From: Octopus vulgaris
Taxonomy: Eukaryota
Direction of reading: 5' to 3'
DNA: 64,000 nt
Assembly (NCBI GenBank): GCA_951406725.2
Contig: OX597823.1
Location: 6,138,001-6,202,000, forward strand
Part shown: positions 26,085-38,467 of the stretch, piece by piece
Layout of the letters: each line of letters opens with the position of its first letter
How positions within the stretch are numbered: position 1 is the stretch's first letter
Translations under genes and position numbers: made by a program
The notes under the pieces: generated by a model
Told to the model about the DNA's origin: nothing
Databases searched by the model: none
Seen by the model: the letters and a program-made list of their open reading frames with translations, nothing else

Positions 26085-26410
26085 GTGCAGTAAGAAGCTT
26101 GCTTCCCAATTATGTCGTTCCGGGTTCAGTCCCACTGTAAGGCACTCTGGACTAGCCTCGGGCTGACCAAAGCCTTGTGAGTAGATTTGGTAGACAGAAA
26201 CTGAATGGAGCCCATCACATATGAGTGTATATAAATATATATATATCGGTGTGGCTTTATGGTTGTCCTCCACTATGGCTTAACAACTGTTGTTGGTGTG
26301 TTTACCTTCCCATAACTTAGCAGTTTGGCAAAAGTGACTGATAGAATAAGTACCAGGTTAATTTTTTTTTTCTAAATAAGAAAACTGGGGTCAGTTCATT
26401 TGACTAAAAT
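26085..26410 (+). mobile_element. SINE family A, diverged
   Basis: GTAAGAAGCTTGCTTCCCAA head, GATTTGGTAGACAGAAACTG body. Confidence 0.8.
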
Positions 26411-26429
26411 TCCTCATGAGCACAATCTC

Positions 26430-27335
26430 ATGACTTGAACAAGGTTAAAAAAAAAACTATTGGAAAGTTTCAAGCTTTATACTATCAGCATGCAAAACTG
26501 AATGCAATACCCAATGAATACACTGGACCCGGAGGGATTGCAATCCCAGAGGCACAATCAGTGCGTGACCTGGATATTCACATGAGTGATGACGCGACCT
26601 TTCATGTACATGTTGCTAAACTGACAATGAAATGTAGACGGCTGGCTGGCTGGATTCTTAGAACCTTTAGAACAAGAGAACAAGAAACCATGATGGTCCT
26701 CTGGAAGACACTTGTCCTAAGCCACTTTGACTATTGCTCTCAGCTATGGTCACCATCCAGTGTCAAGTTGATCACAGAACTTGAGGCGATCCAACGAAGC
26801 TACACGAAGAAGATAGCCTCTATGCAGAATGTAAGCTACTGGGAAAGACTCAAGAGATTAAAATTATATTCCCTGGAGCGTAGGCGGGAAAGATATGCCA
26901 TAATATACATCTGAAAGATCCTGGAGGGAAGTGTCCTGAACTTTGGCATCGAGAGTTACGCAAATGCCAGAACTGGGCGCCACTGCGTGGTGCCTAGGAC
27001 TCCAAACCTGCCATCAAGATGTAGGACAAGATTCTGTGATAGCCTGGGCTTCCGAGGCCCACAGCTCTTCAATATCCTCCCGAAGAACCTGAGAGACCTG
27101 CATGGGGTGGATACAGATGTCTTTAAAATGAAGCTGGATCTCTTCCTGTCAGGTGTCCCAGATGAACCAACTTCACGGCAGGAGGGGCAGATGAGGGCAG
27201 CTGCATCGAACTCTCTCATGCACCAAATAGCAGTTGCTAGAAAGCCCCCATGAAGTGAAACCAAGTAGCAACACCAAATGGCGGTGCCCCAGCATGGCCA
27301 CAGCTCATAAGCTGAAACTAGAATCAATCAATCAA
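26430..27335 (+). mobile_element. CR1-clade LINE 3' end, 5'-truncated
   Basis: ORF 26435-26914 with VRDL, WILRTF, FDYCSQLWSP, LEAIQR, YWERLKRLKLYSLERRRER; continues GPQLFNILPKNLR..FKMKLDLFL; 3' UTR ends in (AATC)n. Confidence 0.95.
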
Positions 27336-27339
27336 TTAT

Positions 27340-27800
<461 letters not shown>

Positions 27801-28509
27801 AGCTTAAAATTGTATAAGAACTTATGTATATGCAATATATGTGTATATGAACATAATTGCACCAGATGTAAGTAAATGCCACTGTTTTTAGTTATCTGTT
27901 TGTTTGTATATTTGTTTTTTTCTTTGAGTGGGTGGTGGGTGGGTGTTGGGGGGCTCCGAAGATTTGATAACCTACATTCTTCTTCTGCTTCAGTGTGTAA
28001 CCTGCTTCTAAAAACTAAGCTAATCATTCACATCCTTGCAACTTTCAGCTAAAACACACCCTCACAGCTTGGAACAATATGTTGCAGAAAAACATGACAC
28101 TGTACTGTGTCTGTGTGTGTGTGTGTGTGATATTTACATACTGAACATACGTACATACACACTTGCACACACACACACACACGTACTTCTATCAGAGAGT
28201 GCAATATATTCTCTGTTAGCTGAAGGTTGCTTCATTGCATTACAACTCAGAGTTTTGCCATTTAATGGCTCATCCAGTAATTGCGTAATGCATGCATATA
28301 CACGTGTGTGTGTTCATTTACAAGTTCCAGTCATTACCATATTTAGGCATCGCATTCTATCAATATGTTCACTTACATTGACACAGCTGCCCATTTCATT
28401 GACTTTGGAAGGTTGAAAGGCAAATTACACTTGTGTGGTGTGTGTGGTTGTGTGTGTGTGTGTGTGTGTGTTGTGTGGTGGGTATGTATATATATATATA
28501 TATATATGT

Positions 28510-28800
28510 GATCACATGATCGACCAGACAAGTATTGGATGTTGTTACACATCACTGGTCACAATGTGCTTAGCACTGTTTTGGCTTCCGTCTGATGCCG
28601 CCAGGCTGACTAGGTGAGCAGGCCAACATCCCCTATGATCAGAGGACTAGTCCAACACAGGGTGACTCATTTACAGCTGAGTGGACTGGACCAATGTGAA
28701 ATGAAGTGGTTTGCTCAAGAATACAAGGCACCGCTTGGTCTGGAAGCCAAACCCACAATCTAGCAATCAAAAGTGCAACATTCTAACCACTTGGCTACAC
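28510..28800 (-). mobile_element. SINE related to family C, diverged
   Basis: Shares CGACCAGAC...ACACATCACTGGTCACAATG tail with the 46916 copy; degenerate tRNA head near 28740-28800. Confidence 0.65.
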
Positions 28801-28869
28801 ACATACACACACATGCTAAGACATGGCTAAGACACGTCTTAGCTTTTATATATATATATATATATATAA

Positions 28870-29277
28870 GGAGTGGCTTATATATATATATATATATATA
28901 CATAAGTAGCTTGTTTACCAACCACATGGTTCTGGGTTCAGTCCCATTGCGTGGCACCTTGGGCAAGTGTCTTCTGCTATAGCCTTGGGCCGACCAATGC
29001 CTTGTGAGTGGATTTGGTAGATGGAAACTGAAAGAAGTCCGTCGTATATATGCGTGTGTGTGTTTATGTGTATGTGTTTGTCCCCCCAATATAGCTTGAC
29101 AACCGATGCTGGTGTATTTATGTCCCCGTCAATTAGCTGTTCGGCAAAAAAGACCGATAGAATAAGTACTGGGCTTACAATGAATAAGTCCCGGGGTTGA
29201 GTTGCTTGATTAAAGGCGGTGCTCCAGCATGGCCGCAGTCAAATGACTGAAACAAGTAAAAGAGTAAAAGAGTAAGA

Positions 29278-29279
<2 letters not shown>
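28870..29279 (+). mobile_element. SINE family A, head split by (TA)n
   Basis: GAGTGGCT-(TA)n-TAAGTAGCTTG; remainder closely matches the 17142 copy. Confidence 0.9.
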
Positions 29280-29368
<89 letters not shown>

Positions 29369-29535
29369 TACAATATCCCCTCCACCATTGCAGGTGTTTT
29401 GTTCCAAAATCCCCATGATTGGTGAAAATCCACAAAGTAGAAACAGAACTGTACTGTATATTTTTTTAAAATTATTTTTATAATTTGTATTTATTTATTT
29501 TATTATAAATGCAAGACAACACCCCACACTCACCT
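29369..29535. mobile_element. pogo/Tigger-like DNA transposon end
   Basis: TA|CAATATCCCCTCC...GTTCCAAAATCCCC...GGTGAAAATCCACAAAGTAG resembles recalled Tigger-type termini; partner TIR not found. Confidence 0.4.
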
Positions 29536-30179
29536 CCCAAGTTTTGTTTTCCATAGGGTATGTACGATCCTTTGTTTACTCGGTACACTAGGTATCTTCT
29601 TCTGATATATTTTAATGGGTGTGTTTATACAATGCACTTCCTGTTCAGTCAACTGTCATCAGTGTTGTCATACACTTATATGTTAATGGGATTTTTGGTA
29701 GGTGGAAACTGTGTAGAAGCCTGTTGTATAAATAAATATGTGTGCGTGTGTGTGGAAGTATGTGTATGTGTGTACAAGTGTCTGTTAGTATCCTCACTGC
29801 CTGACAACTAGTGTTGGTTTGTTTATGTTCTTGTAAAGTTCAAATGAAGTGAAGCCTGTCATATATTTGTGTGTGTGTGTGTGTGTCTATCTCAGTTAGA
29901 ATAAAGCAAAAAAGCAGAATGATACTACTCCCCTTGGTAAAGTCATTAATGCCACAACATCACGTTCACCCCTTCCTCTGTAACACCTACAAACTCTTTT
30001 CCAGAGTCAAAAATAAACTGAAACTACTCATAACAGAAATCACTGCCATCTGTCTGTCTGTCTCGGATGGAACAAAGAACAAAAAAAATAGAAAAGAAGC
30101 GGAAATGTTTTAAAGATAAACATGAAACCTTAAAAAAAAAAAGATAAACAAAACTGATATGAGTGTCTGCCTCCACACA

Positions 30180-30290
30180 CCAACCAACCAACCAACCAAC
30201 CAACCAACCAACCAACCAACCAACCAACCAACCAACCAACCAACCAACCAACCAACCAACCAACCAACCAACCAGCCAGCCAGCCAGCCA
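30180..30290. repeat. (CCAA)n(CCAG)n microsatellite
   Basis: Direct inspection. Confidence 0.97.
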
Positions 30291-30467
30291 TACAACCATC
30301 CATTCCAAAAATGGTGTCTGGAAACAAATGGAACGTGTGTTTGACAAAAGTCACTTGCATCAAAAAAACAACTTTGGTACATATTTACTTAAGTCATTTG
30401 CTCTGACTTCAAACTGTCGACCATTACACATGAAATGTAATCGACTGAGAATAGATTGTTTGTGTTA

Positions 30468-30504
30468 GATGATGATGATGATGATGATGATCACAGCTAT
30501 GGCA

Positions 30505-30548
<44 letters not shown>

Positions 30549-30657
30549 CACAGCTATGATGATGATGATGATGATGATCACAGCTATGATGATGATGATG
30601 ATGATGATGATCACAGCTATGGCAATGATGATGATGATGATGATCACAGCTATGGCA

Positions 30658-30704
<47 letters not shown>

Positions 30705-30711
30705 CACAGCT

Positions 30712-30745
<34 letters not shown>
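30468..30745. repeat. (GAT)n with six CACAGCTAT(GGCAAT) interruptions
   Basis: Direct inspection. Confidence 0.95.
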
Positions 30746-31140
30746 CAATGACAGTGATAGTGAAATTGATAATCTTTTCTACTCTAGGCACAAGGCCCAA
30801 AATTGGGGGGGGGGGCAGTCGATTAGATCAACCTCAGTATGCAACTGGTACTTAATTTATCGATCCTAAAAGGATGAAAGGCAAAGTCGACCTTGGCAGC
30901 ATGACAATGATGATGATGATGATGAAGATACCAATGGTGATGACAACAACAATGATGATATTGATGGTGATAATGATGATGATGACTATGGTGATAATGA
31001 TGACAAATCTTTCTTCATTGAAGGGGTCGGGTGCCCCAGCATTGCTACAATCCAAAAGAATGAAACAAGTTTGAGAATTAAAGAATGTAAATAAATTGTA
31101 TGGCTGAAATGTGTAACGTTAGTCTTGTATGATGTGTATT

Positions 31141-31341
31141 TGGCTTCAAATTTTGCCACAGGGGGAGGGTGCTAGTTGATTGCATCGACCCCAGCGTTCA
31201 ACTGGTACTTAATTTATCGACCCCGAAAAGACTGAAAGGCAAGGTCAACCTCGGCAGAATTTGAACCCAGAACATGCAGATAGATGAAATGCCGCTAAGC
31301 ATTTTGCCAGGTGTGCTAACGATTCTGCCAGCTCACCACCT
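31141..31341 (-). mobile_element. SINE family B
   Basis: Reverse-complement match including head GATTCTGCCAGCTCACCACC. Confidence 0.88.
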
Positions 31342-31489
31342 TTTAATTGGTATATATTATCGTCATTGTTGTTTAAACTAAGTCATCTATGATCAAAGGT
31401 GTTCCAGCCATGACCATCTCATACTTTATTCAGACATATTGCATCAAGGACTATATTATTCAGTGTGTCATCTATCCTTCTCTTTTAAG

Positions 31490-31900
31490 ATCATCATCAT
31501 CATCATCATCATCGTTTAACGTCCACTTTCCATGCTAGCATGGGTTGGACGATTTTGAATGAGGGATGGCGAACCAGATGGCTGCACCAGGCTCCAATCT
31601 TGATCTAGCAGAGTTTCTACAACTGGATGACCTTCCTAATGCCAACCACTCCGAGAGTGTAGTGGGTGCTTTTTATGTGCCACCGGCATGGGGACCAGTC
31701 AGGCAGTACTGGCAACAACCTTGCTCGAATCCTTTTACACATGCCCCCAGCACAGGTGCCAGTAAGGCGACATTGGTAATGATCGCGCTCGAATGGTGCC
31801 TTTTATGTGCCACTGGCACGGAAGCCAGTTGGCTGCTCTGTCAACGATCATGCTCATATCGTGCTCTTTGCACCCCACTAGCACGGATGCCATTCATTGA
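31490..31900 (-). mobile_element. Family D retroelement 3' end (RTE-like UTR or SINE) with internal ~68-bp repeats
   Basis: (CAT)n-CGTTTAACGTCC tail, CTTCCTAATGCCAACC, four diverged units containing TTTTATGTGCCAC-like motifs; interrupts a family E repeat. Confidence 0.85.
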
Positions 31901-32577
31901 ATGTGATTTTCATTTAAGATGATAGCAAAATATACTTTGGTAGACTTAGCTGCTGTTTCTAGTAAGACATGTGACTCACTAGTGGCTCTCGGTACTTGTG
32001 AGATTTTCTGTGATTCTCTACACAGTATCTGCCCTTGAGTGAAGCATGTACAGCACACGTTTCATTACCTCTTACGTGTGTGTGTGTACACATGAGTGAG
32101 GGAGAGAAAGTGAAGTGTGTATATGTGTGTGTGTGTGTGCATGTGAGAAAGTGTGTATGCGTGTGTGTGTGTGTTAACAATAGTATGAGTGTTTATCATT
32201 AACAATAGGCTGCTGGATGTAGACAAAAGAAGGATCTAATAGCGCTGACCTTAGATAAAATAAATAAACTGAAAGGTCTAGTATTTTGCTACCAAATTAA
32301 TATATAATTGGCTTCAAGACAAGGACCACACAGGCACACACACACACACACACACACATTCTGAACCATCCCATTATCTTTCTTTTGCAAATCTTCTTTT
32401 CGTAAAAGAACAAGAAAAGAAACATACAGACAAAACCATTTTGAGCCCATGAGAAATTTGCCTTTTTCTGTTTTTACTTCCAACTCCCAATCCTTTGACC
32501 CGGAACCCCTTTAGCATTCAAATGACTCAGTCAAATTCAAGGCTTTCTTATCCTTACATATTTTGAATTGATAATGC

Positions 32578-34913
32578 TCCAATGATATACTCCAATGCGA
32601 CCGTACGACAGGCACCCATGCCAACCCCCTTTGCTTGTGAAGACATGTTGGGGCAAGCGAAATCGAAATCGAATTGAACCAGCCAGGATCCCTGGTCTGG
32701 TGGTACGTAAAAAGCACTATCCGACTCGTGGCCGTGGCACGTAAAATACTCCAATGCGACCGTACGACAGGCACCCATGCCAACCCCCTTTGCTTGTGAA
32801 GACATGTTGGGGCAAGCGAAATCGAAATCGAATTGAACCAGCCAGGATCCCTGGTCTGGTGGTACGTAAAAAGCACTATCCGACTCGTGGCCGTGGCACG
32901 TAAAATACTCCAATGCGACCGTACGACAGGCACCCATGCCAACCCCCTTTGCTTGTGAAGACATGTTGGGGCAAGCGAAATCGAAATCGAATTGAACCAG
33001 CCAGGATCCCTGGTCTGGTGGTACGTAAAAAGCACTATCCGACTCGTGGCCGTGGCACGTAAAATACTCCAATGCGACCGTACGACAGGCACCCATGCCA
33101 ACCCCTTTGCTTGTGAAGACATGTTGGGGCAAGCGAAATCGAAATCGAATTGAACCAGCCAGGATCCCTGGTCTGGTGGTACGTAAAAAGCACTATCCGA
33201 CTCGTGGCCGTGGCACGTAAAATACTCCAATGCGACCGTACGACAGGCACCCATGCCAACCCCCTTGCTTGTGAAGACATGTTGGGGCAAGCGAAATCGA
33301 AATCGAATTGAACCAGCCAGGATCCCTGGTCTGGTGGTACGTAAAGCACTATCCGACTCGTGGCCGTGGCACGTAAAATACTCCAATGCGACCGTACGAC
33401 AGGCACCCATGCCAACCCCCTTTGCTTGTGAAGACATGTTGGGGCAAGCGAAATCGAAATCGAATTGAACCAGCCAGGATCCCTGGTCTGGTGGTACGTA
33501 AAAAGCACTATCCGACTCGTGGCCGTGGCACGTAAAATACTCCAATGCGACCGTACGACAGGCACCCATGCCAACCCCTTTGCTTGTGAAGACATGTTGG
33601 GGCAAGCGAAATCGAAATCGAATTGAACCAGCCAGGATCCCTGGTCTGGTGGTACGTAAAAAGCACTATCCGACTCGTGGCCGTGGCACGTAAAATACTC
33701 CAATGCGACCGTACGACAGGCACCCATGCCAACCCCCTTTGCTTGTGAAGACATGTTGGGGCAAGCGAAATCGAAATCGAATTGAACCAGCCAGGATCCC
33801 TGGTCTGGTGGTACGTAAAAAGCACTATCCGACTCGTGGCCGTGGCACGTAAAATACTCCAATGCGACCGTACGACAGGCACCCATGCCAACCCCCTTTG
33901 CTTGTGAAGACATGTTGGGGCAAGCGAAATCGAAATCGAATTGAACCAGCCAGGATCCCTGGTCTGGTGGTACGTAAAAAGCACTATCCGACTCGTGGCC
34001 GTGGCACGTAAAATACTCCAATGCGACCGTACGACAGGCACCCATGCCAACCCCTTTGCTTGTGAAGACATGTTGGGGCAAGCGAAATCGAAATCGAATT
34101 GAACCAGCCAGGATCCCTGGTCTGGTGGTACGTAAAAAGCACTATCCGACTCGTGGCCGTGGCACGTAAAATACTCCAATGCGACCGTACGACAGGCACC
34201 CATGCCAACCCCCTTTGCTTGTGAAGACATGTTGGGGCAAGCGAAATTGAAATCGAATTGAACCAGCCAGGATCCCTGGTCTGGTGGTACGTAAAAAGCA
34301 CTATCCGACTCGTGGCCGTGGCACGTAAAATACTCCAATGCGACCGTACGACAGGCACCCATGCCAACCCCCTTGCTTGTGAAGACATGTTGGGGCAAGC
34401 GAAATCGAAATCGAATTGAACCAGCCAGGATCCCTGGTCTGGTGGTACGTAAAAAGCACTATCCGACTCGTGGCCGTGGCACGTAAAATACTCCAATGCG
34501 ACCGTACGACAGGCACCCATGCCAACCCCCTTTGCTTGTGAAGACATGTTGGGGCAAGCGAAATCGAAATCGAATTGAACCAGCCAGGATCCCTGGTCTG
34601 GTGGTACGTAAAAAGCACTATCCGACTCGTGGCCGATGCCAGCACCGCCTCGACTGGCTTCCGTGCTGGTGGCACATAAAATACACCAATCTGACCGTGG
34701 CCGTTGCCAGCCTCGCCTGGCACCTGTGCAGGTGGCACGTAAAAAGCACCCACTACACTCACGGAGTGGTTGGCGTTAGGAAGGGCATCCAGCTGTAGAA
34801 ACATTGCCAGATAAGACTGGAGCCTGGTGCAGCCTTCTGGCTTCCCAGATCCCCGGTCGAACCGTCCAACCCATGCCAGCATGGAGAACGGACGTTAAAC
34901 GATGATGATGATG
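32578..34913 (+). mobile_element. Family D retroinsertion carrying a 5' tandem array
   Basis: Candidate TSD AATGC at 32573-32577 and 34914-34918; 3' end GGACGTTAAAC(GAT)n; body homologous to 31490-31900 and 37998-38187. Confidence 0.85.
32587..34635 (+). repeat. Tandem array, 13 copies of a 156-159-bp unit
   Basis: TACTCCAATGCGACC starts at 32588, 32747, 32906, 33065, 33223, 33379, 33538, 33696, 33855, 34014, 34172, 34331, 34489. Confidence 0.98.
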
Positions 34914-35442
34914 AATGCATTGTCTTGTAACTTCAAGATTGCAACAATCTGATTGTTTACTTTTACAATGACATTGTAGTGTTGGTGTGAGAAGCCAGAT
35001 ATGGCATGTCTGAACATAAAGCAGAATATTTGGACCAGTTGTGGCTGGTTCAAATACCAAAGGATTAAAACAACATTTTTTATTTTTACTTTTTTATTTT
35101 ATTCTGTATATTTTTCTCTTCTCTGTAGTCTATATAGGATTATATCATTTTTTTTACTTGTTTCAGTCACTGAGCTGTGGCCAAGCTGGGGCACCACACT
35201 GAATAAAGGAACAGTTCAGTCAAACAAATCAACCCCAGGAATTATTTTCTTACTTAAGTCTGCTAATTATTCTATTTGGTTAAGTTACAGCGATGTAAAC
35301 AAACCAACACCAGTTATCATGGAATGAAATGGGGAATAAACACAAAGACATATACACACACACACACACACACATAAATGTGTGTGTGAACTGCTGATCT
35401 ACAAGTTCTTTTCATTCTCTCCCTATTTATTGTCTCTTGTTC

Positions 35443-35480
35443 CTCTCTGTTGAAGAGCATAAGCTCGAAATGTAAAAGAC
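35443..35480 (+). ncRNA. Degenerate minimal hammerhead-like motif
   Basis: CUCU-CUGUUGA-A-GAGC(AUAA)GCUC-GAAA-UG-UA-AAAG; core A6 and stems I/III mutated. Confidence 0.35.
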
Positions 35481-35577
35481 GTTTTCATTTTCCTGAGCAT
35501 CAAACTAATACACTTGCTTGCTGTTCATACACCTGCCTTTGCCTTTTGTTTTTTCTATAAATTTCAACTATATACAT

Positions 35578-35610
<33 letters not shown>

Positions 35611-35970
35611 CAAATACACACACACACACACACATGCACATGTATGACAGGCTTCTGCACAGTTTCCGTCCAATAAATACACTCACCAGGCATTAGTAGG
35701 CCCAAGGATATAACAGAAGATACTTGTCCAAGGTGCCATGCAGCAGGACTGAACCCTCGAGCCCCATGGTTAGGAAGCAAGTTTCCTAACCACCCAGCCA
35801 TGTCTGCACCTCGTTTGCTGTTATGTTCGTGGTGACTTGCATTCTTTGAAGAGCAACTGCACTCTGCACTGTTATCCCTGCAATAATTAGTGTAATGATT
35901 CTTATAGTTTCCAACTTAATGACCTAATTAATTATACCTTTATGTTTGGTGATTATGAATTCAAAGTGGG

Positions 35971-36373
35971 TTTACTGTTTTACTGTTTTACTTGTTTCAG
36001 TCATTTGACTGCGGCCATGCTGGAGCACCGCCTTTAATCGAGCAACTCGACCCCGGGACTTATTCTTTGTAAGCCCAGTACTTATTCTATCGGTCTCTTT
36101 TTGCCGAACCGCTAAGTGACGGGAACGTAAACACACCAGCATCGGTTGTCAAGCAATGCTAAGGGGGACAAATACAGACACACAAACACACACGCATATA
36201 TATATACATATATATACGACGGGGCTTCTTCCAGTTTCCGTCTACCAAATCCACTCACAAGGCTTTGGTCGGCTCGAGGCTATAGTAGAAGACACTTGCC
36301 CAAGGTGCCACGTAGTGGGACTGAACCCAGAACCATGTGGTTGGTAAACAAGCTACTTACCACACAGCCACTC
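35971..36373 (-). mobile_element. SINE family A, near full length
   Basis: Reverse complement of the 17142 copy throughout. Confidence 0.93.
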
Positions 36374-36679
36374 ATTTTAATTCTTTTTATTCGTTTTTCT
36401 TATTGTAGTTCTTTATTCAGGTCTGTCTTGGGATTAAATATTTGCTGCCTTTGCACCAGACATATTTATGTTCTGTTCATTTTCTTTTTTTGTTTGTTTG
36501 TTATTTAGCAAGCTTTCCTTCCTGTTCTTTGGTAATTTAGATGAGGTGGGGGTCAGGGATGTGGGGGGCACCTCACCCATAATAATTACCAAGTTAGGGT
36601 TTGTTGAGTGCATCTGTTGTTTAATGTTATGAGTTTATATATGTGTGTGTGTGTGTATGTGTGTATGTATGCATGTAAA

Positions 36680-36725
<46 letters not shown>

Positions 36726-36880
36726 CAGACATACATACATACATACATATATATATATAGATATATATATATATATATATATATCAAAGACAAAAGAAAA
36801 CAGCTTTATTTTTCTTTGACAAGTGCAAATACCATTGATGTCTGAAAACTAAGACTGCTGAAAGGCAGGCATATGTGTAT

Positions 36881-36980
36881 NNNNNNNNNNNNNNNNNNNN
36901 NNNNNNNNNNNNNNNNNNNNNNNNNNNNNNNNNNNNNNNNNNNNNNNNNNNNNNNNNNNNNNNNNNNNNNNNNNNNNNNN
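36881..36980. other. Assembly gap (100 N)
   Basis: N run. Confidence 1.
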
Positions 36981-37890
36981 GTCATTCTACACCCATAAAG
37001 AAAGTAAAATGACATTCCACAACCCACCAAAGTGCTTATATAAATATACACACAACAATATCATATCGCTACATCATTATCATGTGTTTTACGTATATAT
37101 ATATAGGCTTAATAATGTTTAGACCTATGAAAGGTGTTCCAGCCATGACCAACCCATCTTACTTTTAAATCTAAAAGGAAATACATTTTCCAATGTGTCC
37201 TTATTTTTCTTTTTAAGACTAAGGTATGGTTTCAGGAGCAGATTTGACTGCTATTTCTAGCACATCGAAAGATTACATAGAGGTTTACTCGGATTGTTGC
37301 AGCTGCATTGTTGCTGTTTAAATCCTGGTCAATTGTGATTGAGTTGAATTATGATTAAAAGCATTCCAGTTGTGACCATCCCAATTAAAATTTTTTTTTT
37401 TTTTATCATCCAGTAGTCTGGACAAAACGCTGTGGCTGAGTTAACTCAGGGTTGAATCTTAGTCACAGCAGCCTCCCCTCAAATTGTATCGGCAATGCCC
37501 CAGCATGGCCACAGCCTCTAGCTGAAACTGATCAGAGGATAATAGAATAATATCAGAGGTATTAAATTGCTTAATGGATCCTTTAATTAAAATATGATGA
37601 AATTTGTGAGGGATTTGGTTGCTATTTCTATTAGGCCAAGCAACATTATAAAAGCTCCCCAGGTGGCACATGGCTCGTAGCTGTTTTCATTGGGTCAGTT
37701 TTGACTCCATCAAATTAATCTTAGGTTCAGACTGCCTGAAATAGTAGCTAAATTTCCCTCACATCACATACCTCCATCTTAAAAATATAAAAAAGGACAC
37801 AATGGATAATGTAATCCAAGGTGCTCTAGGCCTGAAAAAAAGACAATATATAAATATATTTTTATATATGCATATATATTTTTATATCTA

Positions 37891-38187
37891 CATCATCATC
37901 GTCGTTTAACGTCCTCTTTCCGTGCTGGCATGGGTTGGACAGTTTGACTGAGGACTGGCGAGCCAGAAGGCTGCATCAGACTTATCTATATTCATATATC
38001 ATCATCATCATCGTTTAACGTCCGTTTTCCATGCTGGCATGGGTTGGACGGTTCGACCGGGATCTGGGAAGCCAGGAGGCTGCACCAGGCTCCAGCCTGA
38101 TCTGGCAGAGTTTCTACAGCTAGATGCCCTTCCTAACGCCAACCACTCCGTGAGTGTAGTGGGTGCTTTTTATGTACCTTTTACGTG
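37891..38187 (-). mobile_element. Two adjacent 5'-truncated family D copies
   Basis: (CAT)n-CGTTTAACGTCC...CATGGGTTGGAC at 37891 and 37998. Confidence 0.9.
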
Positions 38188-38403
38188 CCTTATATATACT
38201 TATATATTTTTATGTATACATATACATATTTATAAATACTTATATATTTCTGTACACACACACACACACACACATGCATGCACGCACACTCATATATATG
38301 AGAGAGAGATAAGAAAATTATAGACTTCATTCTCTCTTCCTGAATATTTTTCAAGAGAGAAACTAAAAATACACGGTGATTAGTGCCAAGTAAAACAACC
38401 CCA

Positions 38404-38467
<64 letters not shown>

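Larger units (their letters stand above)
32507..35064. mobile_element. Old piggyBac-like MITE split by the 32578-34913 insertion
   Basis: Degenerate TIRs CCCTTTAGCATTCAAA / TTCAAATACCAAAGGA followed by TTAA (11/16, all mismatches transitions); about 220 bp once the insert is removed. Confidence 0.6.

Noticed and set aside
32630-32680. Hammerhead inside the array unit (GUGAAGA...GAAAUCGA)
   Set aside because: C3 is G, there is no stem II between core and GAAA, and no stem I complementarity; no twister or HDV fit found by eye.
32587-34635. CRISPR array
   Set aside because: Units are identical end to end with no unique spacers; eukaryotic context; no cas genes.
32511-34882. Long minus-strand ORFs (up to 364 aa) over the array
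   Set aside because: The unit is 159 bp (53 codons) with stop-free frames; ORFs shift at homopolymer indels and resemble no domain I recognise.
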